Source: a virus
IMG/VR virus record: IMGVR_UViG_3300027644_000004
Location: 1 to 64,000 of that record
DNA: 64,000 nucleotides
Direction: 5' to 3' (one strand)
Part shown: piece after piece, positions 19,558 through 28,194 of the stretch
Layout of the letters: every line of letters starts with the position of its first letter
How positions within the stretch are numbered: position 1 is the stretch's first letter
Program-made: the position numbers and the translations under genes
Notes under the pieces: generated by a model
Seen by the model: the letters and a program-made list of their open reading frames with translations, nothing else
What the model was told of the DNA's origin: nothing
The model's database searches: none

Positions 19558-19718
19558 CTCCAATTTCCATTTCTCTCGTACTGGTGTGTCCAGTATTCAA
19601 CATCAGCAATATCTTTTACATTTTTTGAGCTCAAGTACTGATCCAGGCGACTTTGGTAATTTTGCCTAGGAAACATTTCAGCCAGTCTCTCCAATAATTG
19701 TGTCATTAGTTTTGACAT
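19554..19718 (-). CDS. 54-aa DUF3563-like small protein (not in ORF track)
   Basis: MSKLMTQLLERLAEMFPRQNYQSRLDQYLSSKNVKDIADVEYWTHQYERNGNWR; AAGGAG RBS and GGTAAATA late-type promoter on the - strand. Confidence 0.7.
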   Translation of the reverse strand: MSKLMTQLLERLAEMFPRQNYQSRLDQYLSSKNVKDIADVEYWTHQYERNGNWR

Positions 19719-19756
19719 AGATTTTCTCCTTTTGTATCAGTATTTACCATGAGAAG

Positions 19757-19772
19757 ATGTTGCACTGCACAA
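19757..19772. promoter_or_regulatory. PhaR-like box 1 (TGC-N3-GCA)
   Basis: ATGTTGCACTGCACAA, framed by CCATGAG/CTCATGG inverted repeat (19747-19782). Confidence 0.5.
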
Positions 19773-19793
19773 AAACTCATGGTTTCTACTAAG

Positions 19794-19813
19794 ATTAGTA
19801 CTCAAGTACTAAT
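19794..19813. promoter_or_regulatory. palindromic operator-like site, family A copy 1
   Basis: ATTAGTACT-CA-AGTACTAAT. Confidence 0.6.
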
Positions 19814-19822
19814 TTTGACCGG

Positions 19823-19851
19823 TTGACCAATTATTCCCAATTTGCTATAAT
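19823..19851 (+). promoter_or_regulatory. early sigma70-type promoter
   Basis: TTGACC-N17-TATAAT with extended TG. Confidence 0.9.
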
Positions 19852-19857
19852 TAGAGT

Positions 19858-20058
19858 ATGAAAAATGCAACAATACGCCAGCCCGCTCTGCTAAATGAGT
19901 TCGAAGTGATCCAGGTAGCCGACTACATGGAAAAAAATCACCCCACAATACACTACACAATGACACCCGGAAACGAGTGCGTCTGGGTGTACTACGGAAG
20001 TATTAACTTGTATTTTGTGTTTCGAGCCGGAAAAATCGCTGACATCCAAATAGACTAA
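19858..20058 (+). CDS. small early hypothetical protein (leaderless)
   Basis: ATG 6 nt after the -10 box, no SD. Confidence 0.65.
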   Translation: MKNATIRQPALLNEFEVIQVADYMEKNHPTIHYTMTPGNECVWVYYGSINLYFVFRAGKIADIQID

Positions 20059-20063
20059 AACGG

Positions 20064-20092
20064 TTGACCGTTATTTCCCAATTTGCTATAAT
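20064..20092 (+). promoter_or_regulatory. early sigma70-type promoter
   Basis: TTGACC-N17-TATAAT. Confidence 0.9.
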
Positions 20093-20123
20093 AGAAGCAT
20101 AGTAAGTAAAAAGGAGTTCAAAA

Positions 20124-20402
20124 ATGTCATACGTAATCGTAGCCAAAGGCACTGGTCTTATTGTTACAGACGGTCCCAACCGAACCCGTGCATATAAAAC
20201 TTTTGGTGCTGCCAAAGCAACCCGTACACGTCTTTGCCGCAAGGCCGGTTGGAACGAAAGCCAACTGAACATTGTGTCTCGCGACACGTACCGCGCACCT
20301 CGAGTCACTGTCAAGAACTTGATGTCGGGCAAGCCGGTGGAAATTGATGCCGACACTCCTTGGTGTTGCAACCCGGCTAGCGAAACCTACTGGAGCATGT
20401 GA
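20124..20402 (+). CDS. early hypothetical protein
   Basis: AAGGAG RBS; C-terminus VKNLMSG...TPWCCNPASETYWSM. Confidence 0.75.
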   Translation: MSYVIVAKGTGLIVTDGPNRTRAYKTFGAAKATRTRLCRKAGWNESQLNIVSRDTYRAPRVTVKNLMSGKPVEIDADTPWCCNPASETYWSM

Positions 20403-20403
20403 T

Positions 20404-20643
20404 ATGATCACAGCAGACACACTCAAAACTCTTACCACTTTCACTGCACCGGCCCTGCAACGGGCCGTAGGTGAAAAGGCCGAAGGTCAGACCTTTACCA
20501 GTGCCAAGTTCTTGGGCATCACTAACGGCGGCCAGTTCTGCTACACAGTGGTATTTCCGGTCAAGGGCGGCACCGACAGCGGCAAAGTGTTCTTAACCTA
20601 TAACCCTGCTGAGGGTAGGGTTATAGCCGACTGTGACCTGTAA
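20404..20643 (+). CDS. early hypothetical protein
   Basis: ATG right after upstream stop, GGAG upstream. Confidence 0.65.
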   Translation: MITADTLKTLTTFTAPALQRAVGEKAEGQTFTSAKFLGITNGGQFCYTVVFPVKGGTDSGKVFLTYNPAEGRVIADCDL

Positions 20644-20646
20644 AGG

Positions 20647-20675
20647 TTGACCCAAAATTCCCATTTTGCTATAAT
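20647..20675 (+). promoter_or_regulatory. early sigma70-type promoter
   Basis: TTGACC-N17-TATAAT. Confidence 0.9.
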
Positions 20676-20705
20676 ACTTGTATAGAAACTAAAAAGGGTT
20701 CCAAA

Positions 20706-21059
20706 ATGACAGCAATTGCAACAGTGATCACAGAACAGTTGGTACAAGACACAGTCAACGAAGCAGGCATCCAAGCTCGTACAGCGGCCAAGGCATTCTA
20801 CGCCAAACATGGCGATCGTGATGCGTGTGGTTTTGCTTGGGTCAATGTCTACGGTGTGCGCTCAAACTCAAAGTTAGGCAAGTGGTTGCAGGCCGCAGGC
20901 TTCCGTAAGGACTACACAGGCAGTCTACAACTGTGGAACCCCAGTGGTTTCCCGACACAATCAATCAGCATACTGGAAGCAGGCGCAGAAGCCTATGCAG
21001 AGGTTCTGAAGAACAAGCTGGGCCTAGACCGGGTCTATGCTGGAAGCAGATTAGATTGA
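20706..21059 (+). CDS. early hypothetical protein (CGFAWV type)
   Basis: Follows promoter cassette; ACGFAWV...QS...EAGA.AYA..L...SRLD. Confidence 0.75.
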   Translation: MTAIATVITEQLVQDTVNEAGIQARTAAKAFYAKHGDRDACGFAWVNVYGVRSNSKLGKWLQAAGFRKDYTGSLQLWNPSGFPTQSISILEAGAEAYAEVLKNKLGLDRVYAGSRLD

Positions 21060-21088
21060 TTGACCGATAATTCCCAAACTGCTATAAT
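21060..21088 (+). promoter_or_regulatory. early sigma70-type promoter
   Basis: TTGACC-N17-TATAAT. Confidence 0.9.
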
Positions 21089-21119
21089 ACATTCATAGCG
21101 TAACAAAACAGGAGCCGAA

Positions 21120-21392
21120 ATGAACATCAAAGAAATCAACACTGCAATCATGTTTGGTAACTTTACCAACGATGAACTCACCAGCATCACCAATGCGGTG
21201 CAGTATGCTCGCGAACAACTTCGCAAAACTAAAATTCGAGCTTTCAGAGCAGGCGACGCTGTGAAGTTTTACAGTGTCAAACGTGGCTTGGCTGTGACTG
21301 GTACTGTGACCAAAGTGGCCATCAAGTATGTCACGGTCAAAGACGGTGCCATGCTGTGGAAGGTGCCGGCCAACATGTTGGAGGCAGCATGA
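21120..21392 (+). CDS. early hypothetical protein, SH3/KOW-like C-terminus
   Basis: AGGAG RBS; FRAGDAVKF..GTVTKV..WKVP. Confidence 0.7.
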   Translation: MNIKEINTAIMFGNFTNDELTSITNAVQYAREQLRKTKIRAFRAGDAVKFYSVKRGLAVTGTVTKVAIKYVTVKDGAMLWKVPANMLEAA

Positions 21393-21559
21393 ACACCGTT
21401 TATCGTATTCAAATGACCCTGTCTCCTGCAGAGTTGGCTCGTTTTCAAACAGCCTTTGCAGAGATGCAAAGTCAAATGGTAGAACTGGTGCTGAAAGCTG
21501 AACAACGCAACGGCTTCTCTAAGGCCAATGATGTAATCAACCGTATTCGGAGCATGTAA
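21389..21559 (+). CDS. small hypothetical protein
   Basis: GGAGG RBS, ATGA coupling. Confidence 0.6.
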   Translation: MNTVYRIQMTLSPAELARFQTAFAEMQSQMVELVLKAEQRNGFSKANDVINRIRSM

Positions 21560-21724
21560 ATGTCTGCGTCTAGTTTCCGTCATTGGGTGCAAAACAAGTG
21601 GTATGAGCATCAGGCAGAATTAGAAGGTTATGGTCAGCCACTGTCATACAACCTCAGTGAATACTTTGCCAGATACAAATACTGGCTCAAACGTGAATAT
21701 CGTTATCAACAAGGAGCAAAATAA
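21560..21724 (+). CDS. 54-aa aromatic-rich protein (not in ORF track)
   Basis: MSASSFRHWVQNKWYEHQAELEGYGQPLSYNLSEYFARYKYWLKREYRYQQGAK; fills the gap exactly, GGAG RBS. Confidence 0.7.
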   Translation: MSASSFRHWVQNKWYEHQAELEGYGQPLSYNLSEYFARYKYWLKREYRYQQGAK

Positions 21725-22134
21725 TGGGTCTGGACATGTATGCCTATGTGGCAGCTCGTGAAAATCAACAGCGTGATTATTACGCAACATCTGAGTTCAA
21801 TGAAGAAACTAAGGAGTACGGCAGTGCCACTGTGCCCAAGCCGCGTGAGATTGCCTACTGGCGCAAGCATCCTAACCTGCACGGCTGGATGCGCCAGTTG
21901 TGGATCCAAAAAGGGTTCACCGGTGACTTCAATGGCGACGAGCTGGAGCTGACCTGGGATGACATTGAACAACTTGAACAGGCAATCAAGAACAAAGAAC
22001 TGCCGGGCACGTCGGGGTTTTTCTTTGGTAACGATGCTGACGAACACTATTACGAAGACGATCTTCAATTTGTTCGTGCCGCTCGTGCCGAGTTGTTCCT
22101 GGGCCTGCGTGTGTTTTACAACAGTTCATGGTAA
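21724..22134 (+). CDS. conserved phage protein (MGLDMY...YWRKH...GFFFG)
   Basis: AAGGAG RBS; recognisable family motifs. Confidence 0.8.
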   Translation: MGLDMYAYVAARENQQRDYYATSEFNEETKEYGSATVPKPREIAYWRKHPNLHGWMRQLWIQKGFTGDFNGDELELTWDDIEQLEQAIKNKELPGTSGFFFGNDADEHYYEDDLQFVRAARAELFLGLRVFYNSSW

Positions 22135-22139
22135 AAAAT

Positions 22140-22370
22140 ATGAGTAAACGAATTGGACCCATCACACTGGACGGCGATGCAGCCGATCGCATCACTGTGC
22201 TTACATTGAAAGAGCAACGAAGCTATCTCAAGAAAGAACTTTCTGAGTGGAAGAAAAATCCTCGCACAGAAGCCAATCCTGACGGATATTGGTTGCATCC
22301 AGAAGATGTGGGTAATAACGAAATCATGGTTCATCATCTAGATGCTGTGATCAAATACTTTGGCGGATAA
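22140..22370 (+). CDS. hypothetical protein
   Basis: In-line ORF; WLHPEDV motif. Confidence 0.65.
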   Translation: MSKRIGPITLDGDAADRITVLTLKEQRSYLKKELSEWKKNPRTEANPDGYWLHPEDVGNNEIMVHHLDAVIKYFGG

Positions 22371-22373
22371 AAA

Positions 22374-22799
22374 ATGAAAATTGGACTCAGTTACAGTCGG
22401 TGTGTTCTGGACATTGTTGAAGGTCGTGTGGCCATAGAAGATGTGCTAGTATTAATTACTCGTACAGATTTTGACCCACGTGATGACGAACAGTGGGCCG
22501 GTATTTGGGAAGGATACTGTTACGGTGGTATGAGTAATCCTGAGTGGGGTCATTATGACTTTAACAGCAAGGACGATGAAGACAAGTTCCGTAGTGTGAG
22601 CATCATGCTTTACACAGATGGCAAGATGCATCAGCCTCGACAGTTTGGAGCTCGCCCAAGCCGTCGACGCGAAATCTGGTTGGAAACAGTGTTGCCTGAT
22701 TCAGAGCTGGCGACCCGTCCAGCAGTGAAAGATGCATGGGATCATTTTCAAACTCTAGCCGGTCTGACCAATGTCAAGCTAGATCGAGAATACCGATGA
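22374..22799 (+). CDS. hypothetical protein
   Basis: In-line ORF; GKMHQPRQFG motif. Confidence 0.7.
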   Translation: MKIGLSYSRCVLDIVEGRVAIEDVLVLITRTDFDPRDDEQWAGIWEGYCYGGMSNPEWGHYDFNSKDDEDKFRSVSIMLYTDGKMHQPRQFGARPSRRREIWLETVLPDSELATRPAVKDAWDHFQTLAGLTNVKLDREYR

Positions 22800-23260
22800 A
22801 AAAAATCTACTATGAAAAAGTTGGGAGAAGATATGTGCCTGTTGCGGAATATGACAACGACTTTTTGGACAGCTTTACCAAAGGCAATCACTTGGTCATG
22901 TGTTATCCCGGCGGAACTAGCCGCAGGTTTAATATTGATCCTAACTATGCGGCTATGATTGCCGCAGGGCGTGTGGCCGAAGATGCTATCTGTCAAGCCA
23001 TCAGCAAGGCCAGTGAACTACGTCCACAGAAAAATCCTATTACGCCGGGACAAAAGAAAGCCTGGGAAAAGCTGGCCAAAGAGTTTGGTGACGAATTGGC
23101 CACTTTGCAGATCGACAGTGCTCGAGACATTGCCGAAGCTGGGTTGAAAGCCATGCAGGCAGAAGCAGACAAACTGATGCAACATGCCGGTGTGCGCCAG
23201 GCTTATGAGCAGTTCCTATTGGTATGTAGACTAACACAATCTGACTTAGAACGGAAGTAA
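22796..23260 (+). CDS. hypothetical protein
   Basis: ATGA-coupled; YEKVGRRYVPV motif. Confidence 0.7.
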   Translation: MKKIYYEKVGRRYVPVAEYDNDFLDSFTKGNHLVMCYPGGTSRRFNIDPNYAAMIAAGRVAEDAICQAISKASELRPQKNPITPGQKKAWEKLAKEFGDELATLQIDSARDIAEAGLKAMQAEADKLMQHAGVRQAYEQFLLVCRLTQSDLERK

Positions 23261-23264
23261 ATAT

Positions 23265-24638
23265 ATGAATGAAACAAATTTTTCAGACCCAAGGTTTGCG
23301 GGCATAATGGCAGCAGGTTGGATTCGTGACCTAGAAATTTCGGACAGTCGAATACACAAAGAAAAGACTATTGAAAAGGCTTTGGTAGCTTCGCAATTGG
23401 GCAGTGCCGACGCACAGGCTTTCTTGTTCAACTGCTATCAAGCCTACAATCCTTTCTATGTGTTTGGCATCCGACAAGTGCCTGAGACTGAGGGTTTGAC
23501 TGGCCAACCAAATCACTGGCCGGGATTTTGGGCCTTGTTAGAAAGCCTGCGCACTAGAAGCGTCACTGGTAATCGTGCAAGAGAAGCAATTGAAACTTGC
23601 AGTCAAATGTTTGACTCGGACGAATGGAACAATGTATGTCGTCGTGTTATTATTAAAGATTTGCGATGCGGCATATCAGAGAAGACCTTGAACAAAGTGT
23701 TGGGCAAGACTGAATGGAAGATTCCGATCTTTAGTTGTCAGTTAGCACAGGACTCTACAGACCAGCCCAAGAAACTCAAAGGCATCAAACGTCTTGAAGT
23801 TAAACTGGATGGTGTGCGTGTGTTGGCAGTGGTGAATGGATCTGCTTGTACATTGTACAGCCGTAATGGCAAAGAGTTTGAAAACTTTCCGCAGATTGCA
23901 GACTTTATTGAAAAACATCGCAAAGCATTCCAGCGTGATTCTGCCTTTAGTGGACAGTTTGTGTTGGATGGCGAAATTGTGGGCAAGAATTTCCAAGACT
24001 TGATGAAACAAGCACAACGCAAAAAAGATGCCAAAACCGCAGACATGGTTTATCATGTGTTTGATATCTTGCCACTGAGTGAGTTTAGAGATGGCTTCTG
24101 TAATCTACAGCAACACAAACGCATTGACCTGTTGAAACGAGCTCAGGCATCCTTGCCAGAAAATGGTTGTGTGCGCATCATGCCTGGCATAGACGTGGAC
24201 CTGGACACAGCCGAAGGACATGATGTCATGCGCAGGTTTGCCGAAGCCAGTGTAGAAGAAGCCTACGAAGGCATCATGATCAAAAGCATGGATGCACCTT
24301 ACGAGTGCAAGCGCAGTGACTTTTGGATGAAATGGAAACCCACTATCACAGTTGATCTCAATATCGTGGGTTTCGAAGAAGGAACTGGTCGCAATGCGGG
24401 CCGGTTGGGTGCTATAATATGTGAAGGAGTTGACAATGACAGAACTATTCGTGTTAATGTTGGTAGCGGTTTGTCTGATAGCAATCGCGATGAGTATTGG
24501 GCCGCTCGCAATGAGCTTCTTGATCGGGTGGTTGAGGTTGAAGCGGACGCAGTTACTCAAAACCAAGACGGATCATACAGTTTAAGATTTCCACGCTTTG
24601 TGAGATTCCGTGGATTTGATGCCGGAGAGAAATTATGA
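23265..24638 (+). CDS. lig: ATP-dependent DNA ligase (T4 gp30-like)
   Basis: EVKLDGVR (motif I), LDGEI, VFDIL, EGIMIK, WMKWK, OB-fold VGSG...SLRFPRF. Confidence 0.95.
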   Translation: MNETNFSDPRFAGIMAAGWIRDLEISDSRIHKEKTIEKALVASQLGSADAQAFLFNCYQAYNPFYVFGIRQVPETEGLTGQPNHWPGFWALLESLRTRSVTGNRAREAIETCSQMFDSDEWNNVCRRVIIKDLRCGISEKTLNKVLGKTEWKIPIFSCQLAQDSTDQPKKLKGIKRLEVKLDGVRVLAVVNGSACTLYSRNGKEFENFPQIADFIEKHRKAFQRDSAFSGQFVLDGEIVGKNFQDLMKQAQRKKDAKTADMVYHVFDILPLSEFRDGFCNLQQHKRIDLLKRAQASLPENGCVRIMPGIDVDLDTAEGHDVMRRFAEASVEEAYEGIMIKSMDAPYECKRSDFWMKWKPTITVDLNIVGFEEGTGRNAGRLGAIICEGVDNDRTIRVNVGSGLSDSNRDEYWAARNELLDRVVEVEADAVTQNQDGSYSLRFPRFVRFRGFDAGEKL

Positions 24639-26008
24639 AACATTTATTATTGTCACTTGGTGTAATGACTATGGCGCTTTCTGCCTGTGGTGGCGGCGGA
24701 GGCAGCGCATCACCAACTGCCGTTGCTGCCCAAACACAATCTGTGGTGGCTGATCGTGAAATTTTAAATATTGACACGCCTGCTGGATTGAACTACAGCC
24801 CAATGTTTAACACTGCAAAGTTTGATACAGTTGGCGGAAAGTATGTTGTTGTAAGTGGAATTTATCTTGGTACTGGCAACCCCGCATCTGCACCAACACC
24901 AAATCCAGATGCGCCTATTCGCATTTTAAAAATCAACAGCGATGGAACCAGTGCTGACGTGACTGCCAGCATTCTTGGCAACAATACAACCACACCCGGG
25001 AATATTGAAATTGGAGACTTCAACGGTGATGGTATCGACGACATTGTTTCGTTGTTTGTAAAAGACTTCCCTTATATGGATACTTTGGGTAAACCATTCC
25101 GTGGAGATGGAGCAATATTTCTAAGTCGTCCAGGTCAAACACATGCTCGCAATATGCTGGCAGGAAACGGATGGTCTCACCACACAGCAGTGGCAGATAT
25201 CAATAACGACGGCAGCCTAGATATTATCAACAGCGCCGGACAGAAATGGATCAATGATGGCCGCGGGAATTTTGCATTTCACGATCATTCTTATGATGTA
25301 AATACCCGTCCAGGGCTATGGATGAATGGATCGGCTGTCTGTGTTGGCGATTTCAACAACACCGGCAGAAAGCAAGCGGTAATCACAGATCTCATTGTGG
25401 ATCCTACACAGGCGCCAATCGCAGACACTGTGATTTTTGAATTGGACAGTTCGTTAATTCCAGTGGCCAGTCATACATTACCTGTTCCTATCCTAGATAG
25501 AAACACAACTGATCCAACCAAAGAAATCAGTCACGACGTGAGATGTGTTGCAACAGACTTGAACCGTGATGGCAAATTAGACCTACTGGTACTCAGTAGA
25601 CCCAATGCTACTGCAAGGAATGGCAGATGGACCGACGAAGGTGCAGTACAAGTCTTGATCAACCGAGGCAACTGGATCTTTGATGATGTAACCAGTACTG
25701 CAATGGCCAATTATCCTACTAATGTGTCAATCTCATCTACACCAATGTCTATTGATCTAAACGGAGATGGTATCTTGGATCTTTGGTTAGGAAACCCTGA
25801 CTTCTCCTCTGGTAAAGCCAATCAAGCCTGGCTAAACAACGGTGCAGGTATATTTACAAGATCATCGCAAAGCATAATTGATGGACTCGGCGCAAACGGC
25901 CCTATGATGCCAGTGGCTGTGGATAGCGTACACTTGTTTGTTTACTCTAAAATAATTGGCAATCAACTAAAGATCTATGTCACAAATACTAGACACGTAT
26001 TCAATTAA
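24635..26008 (+). CDS. lipoprotein with FG-GAP/VCBS beta-propeller repeats
   Basis: Lipobox LSAC-GGGG; repeats GDFNGDGIDD, ADINNDGSLD, GDFNNTG, DLNRDGKLD, DLNGDGILD. Confidence 0.85.
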   Translation: MKHLLLSLGVMTMALSACGGGGGSASPTAVAAQTQSVVADREILNIDTPAGLNYSPMFNTAKFDTVGGKYVVVSGIYLGTGNPASAPTPNPDAPIRILKINSDGTSADVTASILGNNTTTPGNIEIGDFNGDGIDDIVSLFVKDFPYMDTLGKPFRGDGAIFLSRPGQTHARNMLAGNGWSHHTAVADINNDGSLDIINSAGQKWINDGRGNFAFHDHSYDVNTRPGLWMNGSAVCVGDFNNTGRKQAVITDLIVDPTQAPIADTVIFELDSSLIPVASHTLPVPILDRNTTDPTKEISHDVRCVATDLNRDGKLDLLVLSRPNATARNGRWTDEGAVQVLINRGNWIFDDVTSTAMANYPTNVSISSTPMSIDLNGDGILDLWLGNPDFSSGKANQAWLNNGAGIFTRSSQSIIDGLGANGPMMPVAVDSVHLFVYSKIIGNQLKIYVTNTRHVFN

Positions 26009-26030
26009 TGAAAACATTTTGGAGTTAAAA

Positions 26031-26246
26031 ATGAACGAACGAATTCGAGAACTTGTTAGACAAGCTGGACTAGATGATGCCGACTTTCCTATTGAGAATT
26101 GGGATAATGTTCCCTTAGCAAAGTTCGCCGAGTTGATTGTGAGAGAATGTGACCGTTATGCCCGTAGTGCATGGGAACATGGTCCGTTGTTGGGCAGAGA
26201 TTTGCTTATACACTTTGGTTTTGAAAAATTAACAGATACTGAATAA
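26031..26246 (+). CDS. MNERI...KFAELIVREC family small protein, copy 1
   Basis: GGAG RBS; paralog of 26458. Confidence 0.75.
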   Translation: MNERIRELVRQAGLDDADFPIENWDNVPLAKFAELIVRECDRYARSAWEHGPLLGRDLLIHFGFEKLTDTE

Positions 26247-26260
26247 AGGAGAATTACACC

Positions 26261-26461
26261 ATGCTTAAAGATAGACGACTCTTGCTAGAGCAGGAAATTA
26301 AAAAGGCCCACAGCGAAGCTGCCAACATGTACCTGAGTATTGTGGTCAGCAACCATGCAGAGATTCCCAGTGCTGAGTACCAGGCTCTTAGAGATCGTAT
26401 TACTAATCTGCAGTTTGATCTTAATGTGGTAAATCAATTGATCTACAACGGACACGAATGA
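26261..26461 (+). CDS. small coiled-coil protein
   Basis: AAGGAG RBS. Confidence 0.65.
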   Translation: MLKDRRLLLEQEIKKAHSEAANMYLSIVVSNHAEIPSAEYQALRDRITNLQFDLNVVNQLIYNGHE

Positions 26462-26769
26462 ACGAACGAATTTTTGAACTTGCTGACCAGGCTGGAATTT
26501 ATAAATTAGATATTGGAGATGAAACTGCGTATTGGGTTTTAGAAAAGTTTGCCGAGTTGATTGTTCGGGAATGTTGTTTAGCATTGTGGACAGAAGAATG
26601 TCATTCAAGTGACTTAGCATTTTACGAAGTAAAGCGCAACGCTACAAGGATCAAAGAACATTTTGGTATCGACCCAAAAGAAATCACAGAAGCAATGCTT
26701 GCCCGTTCTATTACATGGATGGAACAACAGTTAGCAAATAAAAACATTTCGGAGTTGAAGAATGATTAG
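26458..26769 (+). CDS. MNERI...KFAELIVREC family small protein, copy 2
   Basis: Shares N-terminal, central and HFG blocks with 26031. Confidence 0.75.
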   Translation: MNERIFELADQAGIYKLDIGDETAYWVLEKFAELIVRECCLALWTEECHSSDLAFYEVKRNATRIKEHFGIDPKEITEAMLARSITWMEQQLANKNISELKND

Positions 26770-26938
26770 ACTTTGGTTAGCATTTGCAGTCCTTGCAGTA
26801 CTGATTCATTTTGGCATTACTGCTTGGAGAAAACTGGAAGGAAAAGAACAATTAGCCTTGACAAAAAGCATAGGGTACAGTATAATTGTTGCACTGCTGG
26901 CATTGATGGCAATGACAGCACTCGTAGTTTTATTTTAG
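26762..26938 (+). CDS. 58-aa two-TM membrane protein (not in ORF track)
   Basis: MIRLWLAFAVLAVLIHFGITAWRKLEGKEQLALTKSIGYSIIVALLALMAMTALVVLF; GGAG RBS. Confidence 0.65.
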   Translation: MIRLWLAFAVLAVLIHFGITAWRKLEGKEQLALTKSIGYSIIVALLALMAMTALVVLF

Positions 26939-26946
26939 GGATTATC

Positions 26947-27165
26947 ATGCCAGTAGTATACAAAGAAGTCGAAGTAGATGTTGAGCTAGACGATTTTGAC
27001 ACCGACGAACTAATTGAAGAATTAGAACGTCGCGGTACCGGTACTATAGAGTATGGTAACGGAACAGAAGTACTGCGGACAATCTACGAAAAGCGTAGAC
27101 TGGCGCAGGATTATCAATCCGAATTGGATCAGCTGATTTGGCTGGGACTGGGTCGATTTATTTAA
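26947..27165 (+). CDS. acidic small protein (EVDVELDDFDTDELIEELERRG)
   Basis: Start moved to internal ATG; promoter TTGACA-N17-TATAAT at 26858-26886. Confidence 0.7.
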   Translation: MPVVYKEVEVDVELDDFDTDELIEELERRGTGTIEYGNGTEVLRTIYEKRRLAQDYQSELDQLIWLGLGRFI

Positions 27166-27176
27166 AGGACATAGAC

Positions 27177-27728
27177 ATGATTACAATGCAACAATTTTTT
27201 GAAGCTGTTGGCTATCGCATCACTGAAGGCGGTAACTACGGTTGGGACTGCTACGGCAACAATTCGCATCAACTCAGCGCATGGAACGGCGTACACGGTG
27301 CAGGTGGCTGGAGTGCCAATATTGTGTTCAGCACCAAGAGCCAAAAGGTCTACGAGGTGGAAGTGTGCGACTACACCAATGATCGTGGATATCGCTTGAT
27401 CAATCCCAAGTACCGGGACAAGCATGCAGCCGAAGCCGATCAACGCGGCGAGTCAGCCAATCAAGCCTGGGACGATGTTGACTACATTGACTTGGACGTT
27501 GAAGAAGATTTCTTGGAAAAACTGGAGGCTATTGTGGCCGGTGAAGACTACGACACCCGTGTGCAAATGCAAGTGGACTTTTCAGACGAAGAGCTGTTGA
27601 AATACATGAAGCTGGCACACGAACAGGACATGACATTCAATGAATTTGTTGAACAAGCACTGCGAGCTGCAATTGAAAAGCACAAGTTGGACCAGTTCAC
27701 AGATGACTATGGTCAAGATCTAGGATAG
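27177..27728 (+). CDS. conserved phage hypothetical protein
   Basis: AAGGA RBS; C-terminal ribbon-helix-helix-like MKLAHEQDMTFNEFVEQAL. Confidence 0.7.
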   Translation: MITMQQFFEAVGYRITEGGNYGWDCYGNNSHQLSAWNGVHGAGGWSANIVFSTKSQKVYEVEVCDYTNDRGYRLINPKYRDKHAAEADQRGESANQAWDDVDYIDLDVEEDFLEKLEAIVAGEDYDTRVQMQVDFSDEELLKYMKLAHEQDMTFNEFVEQALRAAIEKHKLDQFTDDYGQDLG

Positions 27729-27729
27729 T

Positions 27730-28194
27730 ATGGCTGTAATAAAAAGTGTAAGAACTGATTATTATCTAAATTTCATCAAGGACGATCCTGTTCGTCCTCA
27801 CCTGCCGACCTTTTGGCGTGTGGATCCCAATCGCGAAGTGTATGTGCTGGAAGATGACACAACCAATGAAGTACTGGCTGTGATCTGTGCGGCATTCTGT
27901 ACCCAAGTTCCCACAGACGAAGGTGAGTTAGAAAAATTTTCTACTCCTACCAGTCCAGATGAACCCATTGGCGAAGTTGTGGTATTCTACACAGTATGGA
28001 GTTACCGTCCCGGCGCAGGTAGAGATCTTGTGCTAGGTGCTGCTCGACTGATCAAAGATACCATGCCGGTCAAGCGTTTTGTAACACTGAGCCCACAAAC
28101 AGAAATGGCTCGCAAATTCCATCTACGTAACGGAGCAGTGGTGTTGCAAGTCAACACCACTTCGGTCAATTACGAATACACATTCAATGAATGA
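27730..28194 (+). CDS. GNAT-fold protein resembling the malonyl-CoA decarboxylase catalytic domain
   Basis: VFYTVWS..GAG..L....IK....FVTLSP pattern. Confidence 0.5.
   Translation: MAVIKSVRTDYYLNFIKDDPVRPHLPTFWRVDPNREVYVLEDDTTNEVLAVICAAFCTQVPTDEGELEKFSTPTSPDEPIGEVVVFYTVWSYRPGAGRDLVLGAARLIKDTMPVKRFVTLSPQTEMARKFHLRNGAVVLQVNTTSVNYEYTFNE

Noticed and set aside
19628-19640. Partial family A motif GCTCAAGTACT
   Set aside because: Left arm broken and it lies inside a small ORF; probably chance.
19484-19669. 61-aa + strand ORF in the track
   Set aside because: Antisense to two - strand small ORFs that have an RBS, promoter and translational coupling.
19823-21088. Regularly recurring ~30-bp repeats as CRISPR or integron attC sites
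   Set aside because: They are sigma70 promoters separated by whole genes; no attC structure and no integrase.
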